Part shown: positions 12,274 through 23,589 of the stretch, piece after piece
Layout: each line of letters starts with the position of its first letter
Position numbering within the stretch: the first letter of the stretch is position 1
DNA from: Tubiluchus corallicola
Taxonomy: Eukaryota > Animalia > Priapulida
Direction of reading: 5' to 3'
DNA length: 27,169 bases
Assembly (NCBI GenBank): GCA_030141605.1
Contig: JAQGDQ010001742.1
Coordinates: 1 to 27,169 of the forward strand
Program-made: the position numbers and the translations under genes
The notes under the pieces: model-generated
The model's input: the letters and a program-made list of their open reading frames with translations, nothing else
Told to the model about the DNA's origin: nothing
The model's database searches: none

Positions 12274-12770
12274 GATATAAGCACGTGGTGCCACCTTGCG
12301 TTTGTTTTTTGCACAATAAGGCTCTCAATCGACAGGTAAACTAAGACAGGAAATAGGCCATTGGCCTCATTTTGGAGACAGGATAGGAAAGAAGTCATTT
12401 TTGTTCAGTACGTCGTGTCGTTTAATAACAAAATTTTGTCAGTCGAGTTCTTTTTGACAAGTTTTTCTCTCTAAGATGCGGCAAAGATGCAAGCTTAATT
12501 TCTTCATATTTCGTAATATTATTATTCATTTTCATTATACCATTTAATTAATTTTTGATGTTGGATCAGCTTTCATTTGGTTTAATATATAGTTTTCATA
12601 TTCAGACAAAGCTTTTTGGGCATATTGGAACGTATCCTTCATAATTGCGGCAAATTCTCGGCTTGATTTCTAACTGCTTTGGAAAGGTTTCAAATGCCGC
12701 ACTTTTGAAGTGCAGAGAATCCAAGCGTGAAGGTCACCAATTCGGTTACTGACTGGCATAACACTGCTTA

Positions 12771-13025
<255 letters not shown>

Positions 13026-13088
13026 CTAGCGAAAAGATGGCGACACTCGTTCACGAACAAAATTTAGTCAATTTAAAAAACATTAACA

Positions 13089-13209
13089 ATAATCAATACC
13101 TCTTAACCCTTTCATACCATAATCAATACCTATTAACCCTTTCATGCCATAATCAATACCTCTTAACCCTTTCATACCCATTGTATCCCGTGGGATACTA
13201 GAATATTTT
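13089..13209 (+). repeat. 3x30-bp tandem repeat of a TTAA-MITE left end plus flank
   Basis: Unit ATAATCAATACCTCTTAACCCTTTCATACC, running into a truncated MITE end. Confidence 0.8.
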
Positions 13210-13418
13210 AAAGAGTAGATTAAGTTACTGAACTGATGTGTCAGAAGGCTTTGTTTTACCAACATGTCACGCGACGGTTGTAGTTAAGACGCGTTTCTGT
13301 GGTACACCAAACTTTTAACCTACAGCAATTGGTTAACCCTTTCATACCCGTTGTATCCCGTGGGATACGAGAATATTTTCTGCCTTTAAAATTAATAAAA
13401 TTTTAAAACTGACAGTTA

Positions 13419-14419
13419 CCGTAAAACGGGGTGAGTTCGCCACCCGAGGGTGAGTTCGCCACCCCTTACGTAATGGCCATTGTAGGTCTGCTGTAACTAT
13501 TGTTCAGTGTTTAATGAACAGATGTCATGATCACCGTCATTATAAACAGTTTGCGACAGTTATCTTCTTTCAATTCGCACTAGAAGTATTCCATTCTGCG
13601 CTACATATTATTTGTCTACTATTTCTTGCTACTTAACATGCCACGCACCTGCACCCCTGTACCGGGTCATAGATACCAAAATTATACCCCAGAAGCTCTG
13701 GAAGCTGCCCTACATGCCGTCAAGAATACCAACAGGACAATCAGCGCAGCGGCGAGGCAATTCGGAGTTCCAAGAAAGACCCTTTCTGACAAACTCTCAG
13801 GAAGTCATCCGCGGAAGACCGGAGGTCAGCCAGTGTTCTCCGCCGCCGAGGAGCACGAAATCGCCAACACTCCAAGTGGCCGCTGAGTGGGGGTTCCCAA
13901 TGACTGCCATCGATCTCCGACTACTGATTAAGAGTGTTCTTGACGCGAAGGGAATCCAGGAACGACGATTCAAGGCAAACACCCCTGGAAAACACTTTGT
14001 CAAATCATTCGCCCGAAGGAACAATCTGGTTTTCAGAGTGGCTGGCAACATCAAGGGCGCCCGCGATAAGATCAGTGCACAAGACGTTCAAGCTTTCCTT
14101 GCCAACGTAGGGCCCCTTATTGAAAACGTCCCACCATCGAACATTTTCAATAATTTGGCTAAAACTAGACATTTTTCATAATTTTTTCATAGGGTGGCGA
14201 ACTCACCCCCAACCAGCCAATCACAACCAGTTAACTTCAGCTGCCTAGAATGGCATTAAACAGTGTTAAATTGTTAGTGGCGAATTCACCCCACGATGGT
14301 GTTTCATTCGAAAGGCAATATAAAGCTTGAACTAAGAAAATTGGTTGGGTAATTCTCTTGCTATGGCAGGAAACGTAAAAAATGCCCCTAAAAAGTGGCG
14401 AACTCACCCCGTCTTACGG
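13419..14419 (+). mobile_element. pogo/Tigger-family DNA transposon, internally deleted, 1001 bp
   Basis: 25-bp TIR CCGTAAAACGGGGTGAGTTCGCCAC (1 mismatch), TA duplication, and internal GGGTGAGTTCGCCAC repeats. Confidence 0.92.
13638..14151 (+). pseudogene. pogo-type transposase N-terminus (psq-like HTH plus CENP-B-type HTH), frameshifted, DDE domain deleted
   Basis: MPRT...YTPEALEAALHAVK...ISAAARQFGVPRKTLSDKL, a frame change near 13868, then LQVAAEWGFPMT...PGKHFVKSFARRN...VPPSNIFN. It ends just before the expected xDET motif. Confidence 0.85.
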
Positions 14420-14479
14420 TATTTGATCTGTTAATAGTTATTTTGATTTAAACAAATAATCTGAGATTGAAAGGGTTAA

Positions 14480-14651
14480 ACTCATCAGGGTGGATTCCCA
14501 ATGCTCCAAGAGTAACTTGACTTTCCCTTGCAGTGAATTGATTTGAGCCTCCCGCTTTCTTAACTCTGATTCTCTTAATGCGACATCTTTGTGTAACTGG
14601 AGAACGGCAGCCTTCAGCTTCCTCTCTGATGCCGTTTCATTTTGCAGATCG
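14480..14651 (-). pseudogene. Coiled-coil exon interrupted by the TTAA MITE
   Basis: ttttttcag acceptor, then DLQNETASERKLKAAVLQLHKDVALRESELRKREAQINSLQGKVKLLLEHWESTLMS, cut at a TTAA. Confidence 0.45.
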
Positions 14652-14727
14652 CTGAAAAAATTAAACAAAGAATGAGAATTGTCGGAAATACAATATTATC
14701 TTGCATTCATGTTTGAAGTTGTTGTTA

Positions 14728-15868
14728 TATAGGTTTTACACGTCAAATGTAGACCTGCGTTAACTCAAATGCAGATTTAGGTAATTCAAATGTGTCTTGG
14801 TAACTCAAATGTAGACTTAGGTAATTCAAATGTGTCTTGGTAACTCAAATGCAGATTTAGGTAATTCAAATGTGTCTTAGTAACTCAAATGTAGACTTAG
14901 GTAATTCAAATGTGTCTTGGTAACTCAAATGTAGACTTGGGTAGTTCAAATGTGTTAACAATGGTTTTCAACAAATCTTGAGCGCTTTTGGTAAGTCAAA
15001 TGTAGACACATGTCAAGTCAAATGTGACATTGGTATCTCAAATGTGGATAGGTGGTAAAGTTTAAGGATGTTAAATTTAATCTTCTTTAATTTCAATTTA
15101 ATAATTGCTCCTAAGTTAAAATAACAACGTTATAGGTCAACTAATAGATGCACTATCTTTGGTTTATCCTTTTCTAATTTGCACTTTATTGAGTTAATTA
15201 CCGATTTATTCAAAGTAATGCATCTACATTTGACTTACCTAAGTCACATTTGAGTTACCAAAACACATTCGAAATTCCTATGTCTACATTTGACTTACCT
15301 AAGTCACATTTGAGTTACCAAAACACATTCGAAATTCCTATGTCTACATTTGACTTACCTAAGTCACATTTGAACTTTCCTACGTCTACATTTGACTTAC
15401 CTAAGTCACATTTGAACTTTCCTATGTCTACATTTGACTTCCTAATCACATTGAGTACAAAACACATCGAAATTTGTTAATTTGACTTACCTAATCACAT
15501 TTGATACAAAACACATTCGAAATTCCTGTGTCTACATTTCACTTACCTAAGTCACATTTGAACTTTCCTGTGTCTACATTTGACTTACCTAAGTCACATT
15601 TGAACTTTCCTGTGTCTACATTTGACTTACCTAAGTCACATTTGAACTTTCTCCCATTTGATTGACTTACCTAAGTCACATTTGAACTTTCCTGTGTCTA
15701 CATTTGACTTACCTAAGTCACATTTGACTTACCTAAGTCACATTTGAACTTTCCTGTGTCTACATTTGACTTACCTAAGTCACATTTGAACTTTCCTGTG
15801 TCTACATTTGACTTACCTAAGTCACATTTGAACTTTCCTGTGTCTACATTTGATGTGTAAAACCTATA
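14728..15868. mobile_element. Foldback-type element with inverted arms built of tandem subrepeats
   Basis: Terminal IR TATAGGTTTTACAC(G/A)TCAAATGTAGAC. The left arm has about 40-bp CAAATG-based repeats, the right arm has complementary CATTTG-based repeats, and the spacer is AT-rich. Confidence 0.75.
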
Positions 15869-16411
15869 AAATAATTATGAATACTTGAATTAATACGTAC
15901 CATTCATAGTGAAACGTATGGCCACCTGAATGTTACAGTTAAGAAAATTGAAAAATATTATGTGACTATGAAAGCTTGAATTGCGTACATTTTCTTTTAA
16001 TTATATACAAAATTGTGTCACAATTTGGTTCACCACCATTAAACAACACACACTGGCAGGTCTTGCTTGTTATGTAGATCGTTGAGGACTGTAGAGGGAC
16101 TGGAACCTAGCTCATCGTTGAGGATAACGATCCTAGATAAAATTTTTAACATTAACAGAAGTGTTCTGGGCCACACTGGAATTCACAGACGTCCTCATTC
16201 AGCAAGGCAAATAAGTAATAACCAGAAGCATTATCGTAGTGTAAGTGCCCAAAACCAGTTTCCAGGTGGTCATCCCTACATTTAATAACTAGGCTTGGTA
16301 CTGCCTAACTATGACAGTCAAGCACACATGTAATACATAATAATGTCTTCGTTAAAAAGTAATAAACAATTTTTTAAAGTTGCGATCACTTCGTACTTGG
16401 GAGCTCTCATT

Positions 16412-16865
16412 TTAACCCTTTCATACCCATTGTATCCCGTAGGATACGAGAATATTTTCTATCTTTAAAATTAATAAAATTTTAAAACGGACAGTTATTT
16501 GTTCTGTTAATAGTTATTTTGATTTAAGCCAATAACAATAGACTAAAAATGGTGATAAAATGGCAAACTAGAAAATCTACATAGCATAAAAAACTGCGCA
16601 AGGTGCAGTACTTTAGAGACGACTTTGTACAGATCAGCATAGCGTGCATACTAGATGTCTTAAATACTTTAAAAAATTATCAGCAGTTGCAAAATGAAGC
16701 ACATTTTATGCATCCATTGAATCCCAATGTATCCCGTGGGATACAGGCTATATTTAGGTAGAAAAAAATAATTATTATATGTAAACAAGATGGACATACT
16801 TAACAAAAGTACCAAGCCAAAAAATTTTTTCTTATTAAAAAATAATTTGGGACTGAAAGGGTTAA
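16412..16865 (+). mobile_element. piggyBac-like TTAA MITE family C, longest copy
   Basis: TTAA-CCCTTTCA...TGAAAGGG-TTAA, with the internal palindrome GTATCCCGTGGGATAC (one copy with a mismatch). Confidence 0.82.
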
Positions 16866-17309
16866 TCATTTATTTGCGGCCGCTCGACTATTTGCCATTG
16901 ATGCAATGTTTAATGACGCCCTTTTAAAAAATATTTAAATTCATTTCTTTTGTGTACATGGTCTGTATTGAACAAATTGTATAATTTATAATAACCGAGT
17001 CTGAAATATTTATTAACCTCGTGCAGCTTTAGAAACAGTGACGTTTGAAACCTTGAAGTTATAAAGAATAGTTTCCCTACATTTGAATTGTAAATTTTAC
17101 TAACCATATGTACAAGTTTATTAACAAAAATCAGTAGTGGTCCATCTCTTGTTTGCATTTTAATCAATAAATTATATATTATATAGTTGCCTGTAGTGAA
17201 GAAACTATTGCAACACGCTGATTTTGTTCAAATATAATAATAGTTTATTAACAAAAACATGATCTATTAATTAATTAATTGTACAATTATTGTATACTAA
17301 ATAAGTCAT

Positions 17310-18235
17310 AAGCCATTTATTTCACATTACACATTTACAATAGTTTCATGTACAATATCTAGTGAAAGGGCCTACAATGAACATAATACAAATAAGAAAT
17401 ACTGCACAGGAAAAGCCTCAAACACTGTTCATTTATACACGAAGGTAAATGTGTTGCGGGCAATCAAAAAGCAGGGCTTGTTAGATTGTCCCACACTAAA
17501 AGCAGGGCTTGTTAGATTGTCCCACACTAAAAGCAGGGCTTGTTAGATTGTCCCACACTAAAAGCAGGGCTTGTTAGATTGTCCCACACTAAAAGCAGGG
17601 CTTGTTAGATTGTCCCACACTAAAAGCAGGGCTTGTTAGATTGTCCCACACTAAAAGCAGGGCTTGTTAGATTGTCCCACACTAAAAGCAGGGCTTGTTA
17701 GATTGTCCCACACTAAAAGCAGGGCTTGTTAGATTGTCCCACACTAAAAGCAGGGCTTGTTAGATTGTCCCACACTAAAAGCAGGGCTTGTTAGATTGTC
17801 CCACACTAAAAGCAGGGCTTGTTAGATTGTCCCACACTAAAAGCAGGGCTTGTTAGATTGTCCCACACTGTGAAAGAAAAAAAAGTAATGGAAATAATCT
17901 GAAAATTTAAAGTGAATCGTGATAAAAAAACATTAGTGCTTAAAATGGAATGATGTAATGAATGAAGCTCATATATGAGATGATATAAAAGATAGAAAGA
18001 CTATTATTTGTTAATAGTATGTAAAATTAAGATAACTTGATTAAGCTAACACCACTGTTTTGCAACTACTGTGAGGATGGATACTGATAGAAATTTTGAT
18101 TACTCACTGATTCTTACTTAAAATTTGATTTTTTAGCATTTTTTTGAAATCTAGTAATAGATATGCTATTTTTTGCGGATTGACAAATCTCATTCCAGAC
18201 TTTTGGTCCTTGATATATTATAAAATGATTAGCTA
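17310..18235 (-). mobile_element. 3' fragment of a CR1/L2-group LINE
   Basis: The minus frame near 18220-18135 reads IYQGPKVWNEICQSAKNSISITRFQK, an ORF2 C-terminal motif. It is followed by a UTR and AATAAA at 17321-17316. Confidence 0.65.
17467..17869. repeat. Minisatellite, 13 x 31 bp, apparently perfect
   Basis: Unit AAAAGCAGGGCTTGTTAGATTGTCCCACACT, head to tail with no spacers. Confidence 0.95.
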
Positions 18236-18559
18236 GGCCTAGTATGTATAACGTACATACTACACGATGTACCTAGGCCTAAAAAACAACTCGAATAGTT
18301 TTGGTATTTCCTCTTTATTAGCTATAAGTTGACCAAAATTTTGGATGAAAAAAAATTGAAGAACAAGGAGATTTTTGAATGCCAAATCATATGATACAGC
18401 TTATACGTGACATTGTTATGCTGATCACAATCAATCATGACAAACCGACTTACTTCTTCAAAATGGGGGGCAATGTGGCTGGTGTAAATATTTATTGGTC
18501 TATAGACAATCATCGTAATCGTGAAAGCATCAGTTTCGAGAAATGATTTTCATTTCAAT

Positions 18560-19813
18560 TCATTTTCTAAACAGCACCTCAACTTTTATGCGAATTTTTC
18601 CATCTTGAATAAACCCGGAAACAGGGTCCATGACGGTGCTAAACTGTGCAATATTTCTTGCTTCCCAGGACCAGGGCCATTCCTTTTTATCTTCATTTAG
18701 GACAGTTTTGAGTGACCTTTGTGGATTATTGTTAATCACTTCAATGTAACTGCTCTTACACATGGTACGTATAGTAAAAGAGAGACCAACTACTAAACCC
18801 AAGCAACAGCCTCTACCACGGTTATCTCCAGCATTGGAGCAGTTCTTATAAAAACATCTGAAAAGGTGAATGTTAAGCTTATCAGCTATTTTTTCATTTC
18901 CTCCTATTTTATCAATTTTCTTAACACGTATAGCGAACATGACTGACACGACTTCTGCGTAGTTTCTCTGCGTTTTTGGAAATATTGATTCTGATGTCAC
19001 TTTTTGATGATAATTGATAAAAACATTTGCTTGCTCCTCGGCATTTAATATTCCAGTTGCTACCGGTCCTTTGATGAATAACTCTGGATCCATTGTGGGA
19101 AATCTCATTTGAAACAAGATGTCACATAAGACTGTTCTCTTGTTGAACACATTTTGCTCTAGGTTCTTTCGCTTACATTCAGCATCAGCCCATCTTAAAA
19201 CTGCATCAAATAGTTTCCCCTCTTCATTAATTGTCAGTTCATCAAGTTTGACAATCCTCAATAAGTTGTCGTAGCTCAAGGAAGTAAAACTGTCGGACTG
19301 TATAACTGCTTCTGTCTCGACACTAATGACCTCCAAACAGTTCATCTCTACATCTCGGCTTTCATAGAAACAAGCAGCTGTCAGAATGGTACAAACGTTG
19401 TCAGTTGTGATTTCAGATTTAAGGAAATCAGCAGCCATTTTTTCAAGTTCACGAATGTTGTATTTTTTAGCTAAGTAAAGTACCGAGAGAACATTATCAC
19501 CAGTTAATTCATCTTTGTCAGTATAAATAAATCTCAAAAGCAGCAGGAACACTTCAGGTTCAACATCGGTTATTGGTATGACATCACCAAGTTTATGACA
19601 CAGCGGCCCAAACAGCATCCTCTTAAAAACGTCACTTCTGAGTGCAAGTACGTACCGACTAGCGTTAATGATGATTTCACCAACTGAAAAAGTTACATCA
19701 CATAATTCCTGGAAATCTTCGTTACCAAAAACATAATCGTATCTCTCGTTCCAGTTACCCATCGCATCAACCCTTTCAGCTGGAGTTTGCGGCTCGTCTA
19801 GTGAAGTTGCCAT
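18560..19813 (-). CDS. BTB/POZ-BACK protein (BTBD1/2/3/6-like N-terminus) with a MATH-like C-terminus, 417 aa, uninterrupted ORF
   Basis: BTB: CDVTFSVG...RYVLALRSDVFKRMLFG...ITDVEPEVFLLLLRFIYTD...VLYLAKKY. BACK: LFDAVLRWADAEC...MRFPTM. The tail MDPVSGFIQDGKIRIKVEV resembles the last MATH strand. Confidence 0.9.
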   Translation of the reverse strand: MATSLDEPQTPAERVDAMGNWNERYDYVFGNEDFQELCDVTFSVGEIIINASRYVLALRSDVFKRMLFGPLCHKLGDVIPITDVEPEVFLLLLRFIYTDKDELTGDNVLSVLYLAKKYNIRELEKMAADFLKSEITTDNVCTILTAACFYESRDVEMNCLEVISVETEAVIQSDSFTSLSYDNLLRIVKLDELTINEEGKLFDAVLRWADAECKRKNLEQNVFNKRTVLCDILFQMRFPTMDPELFIKGPVATGILNAEEQANVFINYHQKVTSESIFPKTQRNYAEVVSVMFAIRVKKIDKIGGNEKIADKLNIHLFRCFYKNCSNAGDNRGRGCCLGLVVGLSFTIRTMCKSSYIEVINNNPQRSLKTVLNEDKKEWPWSWEARNIAQFSTVMDPVSGFIQDGKIRIKVEVLFRK

Positions 19814-20661
19814 TTCTTTTGCTAACAGAATTTTCTGACCTCTCTGCTGATCGAGAACTTGTATAAATGGCTGGTGTAACTACAGACACGGGATGAAATA
19901 ATTTGAACTTTGTTCTTTTTATGAGTTTTATGCTCTACAATCATTAAAGGTAAACATACAGTCATAATTTTATACATCCACGCTGCCTCGCCTTGTACAA
20001 ACAACTAACTGTGACCTTTGTACCCTTGGGTTATAAAATTATGACACATACTAAGAAAAATAACTCTTCACTTTGCCCAATATCATATGTAACTTGAACT
20101 TATTCTAATTCCAAATAAAGTTGGGACAAGATGCTTAAGTTACACATGATATTGGATAAAGTGAAGTATCTTTCAATGCTAATCAGAACTTTTTTTTTAA
20201 ATTTAAAGCAAGAAATGAAAAATAAGAAATTAAAGAGATATATTATCATTAAAATCATTTTATTTTATTTGTGAAACGGGGCTAAACTGGCTGAGGATTC
20301 TACACCTCAAAATAATGTAAACTATGAAAGTTGAAAGGAAAATACTATTTTTTCAAGAATGGCTTAGTGAAAGAATTATTAGCACAGAGTTGAAATTGCA
20401 TTCGCACCACAAGTTCTTCGCGGTTAAACCTCTTGCACAAAAAGCGGTGCTGTACCACTTAGTTCAAATGTGTTCAGGTGTGACGTGGTGCACATGTTAG
20501 CTCAGGTGTGAGTTCAGCTGTAAACTTGAATCTTGAATTACAAACTTAAAGTTAGTCAAGTTTTCAGATGTCATTTTCACACTGAATGATATACAGTAGC
20601 ACTGTACTTCAATTTTTTTCTTTCCATGAAAAAATTATGCGCATTCGTCGCGCCATCCTAG

Positions 20662-20881
<220 letters not shown>

Positions 20882-21021
20882 AACAAGTTGTGTGCCTCTC
20901 TTCATCCAAAGCCAAATCTCTTGAGTAGGCCTATAAATACACTTTTCAGTCTACTTCCTATGTAAGTAGGTAACCAGCTGTTTGCTCTTATATGGAAATC
21001 TTGTAGGCCAGCGCAATTTTG

Positions 21022-21421
21022 TAAAATTTTAAAACTCACAGTTATTTGATCTGTTAATAGTTGTTTTGTTTTAAGCCAATAACAATAGACTAAAAATGGT
21101 GATAAAATGGCAAACTAGAAAATCTACATAGCATAAAAAACTGTGCAAGGTACAATACTTTAGAGATGACTTTGTACAGATCAGCATAGCATGCATACTA
21201 AATGTCTTAAATACTTTAAAAATTATCAGCAGTTGCAAAATGAAGCACATTTTATGCTTCCATTGAATCCCAATGCATCCCGTGGGATACCGGCTATATT
21301 TAGCATACGGGCACAGGTAGAAAAAAATTATTATGTGTAAGCGACATGGACATATTGAAAAAAAAGTATCAAGCCAAAATTTTTTTCTTATTAAAAAATA
21401 ATTTGGGACTGAAAGGGTTAA
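21022..21421 (+). mobile_element. TTAA MITE family C, left-truncated copy
   Basis: Aligns to about 16475-16865 and ends GGGACTGAAAGGGTTAA. Confidence 0.8.
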
Positions 21422-21973
21422 GCAAAAACCAGAAAGTATTAATTTTGTTTGCATTTACTACAAAGCAAAGAACTTGAATTTACATCACAGGGACACAGCT
21501 TAGGTCTTCCTCATGGATTTCTCCCAAACGCAAAAACAGAAACAATTTTATGCCTTTGTTGTGTTTTTTGTTGTGCAAAATGAAAAAAGCACTAATCCAT
21601 AAATGTTGTGTAATTTCGAGCATCACATTTATAAGAATTTCTTTTTGTACCCTCCTACTAATGTAGGGATAGTAGCTGTTATTAAAAATTAATTTTAAGT
21701 AATTTTTACTGAAATATAATTGTCCACACTAAATTGAGAAATTTGAATATTTTGTTTACTAGTTGAATAAGTCTCTTTTTGGTATTCATGGTACAGCTTA
21801 TGCAAAACAAGGCATCATTGATAAATCTTTAGAGCTGATGTCAACATAGCACAATCTGTTATCTTTCTTCCTACCATTTCCACTAACACATCCTTCTACC
21901 CTTCCTGTGTGATCTAACCTTTCTACCAGTTCTTTTTTGTTCACTCATCCATTTTTTTATCGGGTTCACATGA

Positions 21974-22153
21974 CAGTGGGCTTATACAAGCCTTTGCTTC
22001 TCTAGCCCACTGCAGTACAATTATTCTTTTATGATAACGATAGTGTATGAAACATGACAATTTAATACAGTAGATGTTATAATTTTGATGTCACTGTGTG
22101 CTTTATATTGTACTGAATGTGATAATAATAATAAATAAAAAAATAAAAAAAAA
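21974..22153 (+). mobile_element. Probable LINE 3' end (stem-loop plus A-rich tail)
   Basis: CAGTGGGCT...AGCCCACTG stem around ACAAGCC, then AATAAA and an A-rich tail. It resembles the UTR motif of the 17.3-18.2 kb LINE. Confidence 0.45.
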
Positions 22154-22759
22154 ATTCATTAGCGCGCACAATTAGACTTGAAACATCAATAAGAATTTCC
22201 TTAGGAGAAGCCTTAAAACCGTGCAAAAAACCACTTGGTAAACGTAAAACAACTTGGATAGCTAAAATAAATAAAGATGTTCAACGACTTTAACCAAATC
22301 TAGCTTCTGAAGAACTATCGCAAATAGGAGTGGGTGAAATGGTCTAATAAATGGTAATGCTGATGATATGACGACGACGACGATGATGATGATGATGATG
22401 ACAAACAAAGCTCAGTCTGTTCTTATAATTTGATGACCATAGTTAACTTTTTCGAATGGATTTTTCAGTTGTGCGATGTGTGTGTTTAGAGTTTGGGGTG
22501 TTTTTAAATCATTTACATTTTACACTCTAACCATTAACTATTTTTAGGTATCTGCGGAAACCGTATCTTATCGACGGATACAAATTTGACATGAGAATTC
22601 TCGTATATGTTGCATCTTTAGATCCGCTAAGGATCTACATTCATCCAGACGGATATACCAGCCCGGTTTGCCAGCAAAAAGTAATTACTGAGTGCTAAAC
22701 TCTGTTTACGAAAAACTTTGGCTAAAGTTTACAATTCCCCACATAGTTGCTGAAGTGAA

Positions 22760-23050
22760 TTAGGATTAGGGTTAGGGTTAGGATTGGGGCTAGGGCTAGG
22801 GCTAGGGCTGGGGTTAGGGTGCGGGTTAGGGTAAGGACTAGAGTTTACAATTCCCAACATAGTTGCTGAATTAGGTTTAGGGTTAGGTTTAGGATTAGGG
22901 CTAGGGCTAAGGTTAGGGTGAAGCTTAGGGTTAGGGTTGGGGTAAGGGTTAGGTTGAGGGTTGGGGTTAAGGTTAGGGCTAGAATTAGGCTTAAGGTTAG
23001 GGTTAGGATTAGGGTTAGGGTTAGGGCGAAGTTTAAGGTTACGGCTAGGG
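22760..23050 (+). repeat. Degenerate (TTAGGG)n-like interstitial repeat
   Basis: TTAGGG/CTAGGG/TTGGGG hexamers in two blocks, each preceded by TTTACAATTCCCxACATAGTTGCTGAA. Confidence 0.85.
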
Positions 23051-23098
23051 GCGGGGTGTTTAAATTGTTCGGGGAACTGGTAACTCCTTCCAAAACAG

Positions 23099-23307
<209 letters not shown>

Positions 23308-23589
23308 TTTCCCGTCTCTCTTTTCTCACTCTCTTTTTTCACGCTTTAACGTGATATTGTTAGGCAATTAAATTTTGCAATAAGCTAGTAAACTCAATAT
23401 TACCACAAATTCCATATTCCTAAGTGCAGAACAAACGTTATGAAACATTCTGTCATGTATAATGGTGCTGTAATATGGAAAATTTACCCAGTAAAGTAAT
23501 ATAAATAAATAAATAAATAATACAAAATATGTGATTTGATAAATGATGTAAGATGTATTTTTTACCACAATTATATAATTTTATCGTAC

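Larger units (their letters stand above)
13333..14479 (+). mobile_element. piggyBac-like TTAA MITE (family C), internally deleted and interrupted by a pogo element
   Basis: TTAA-CCCTTTCA...TGAAAGGG-TTAA. It aligns with the uninterrupted copy at 16412-16865 on both sides of the pogo insertion. Confidence 0.8.

Noticed and set aside
16910-17167. 85-aa minus ORF
   Set aside because: AT-rich, with no convincing motif or splice structure.
17467-17869. CRISPR-like 31-bp repeats
   Set aside because: Head-to-tail with no spacers, no cas genes, and a eukaryotic context.
22760-23050. True telomere or chromosome end
   Set aside because: Short, degenerate and internal, with unique sequence on both sides. 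Not used to infer taxon.
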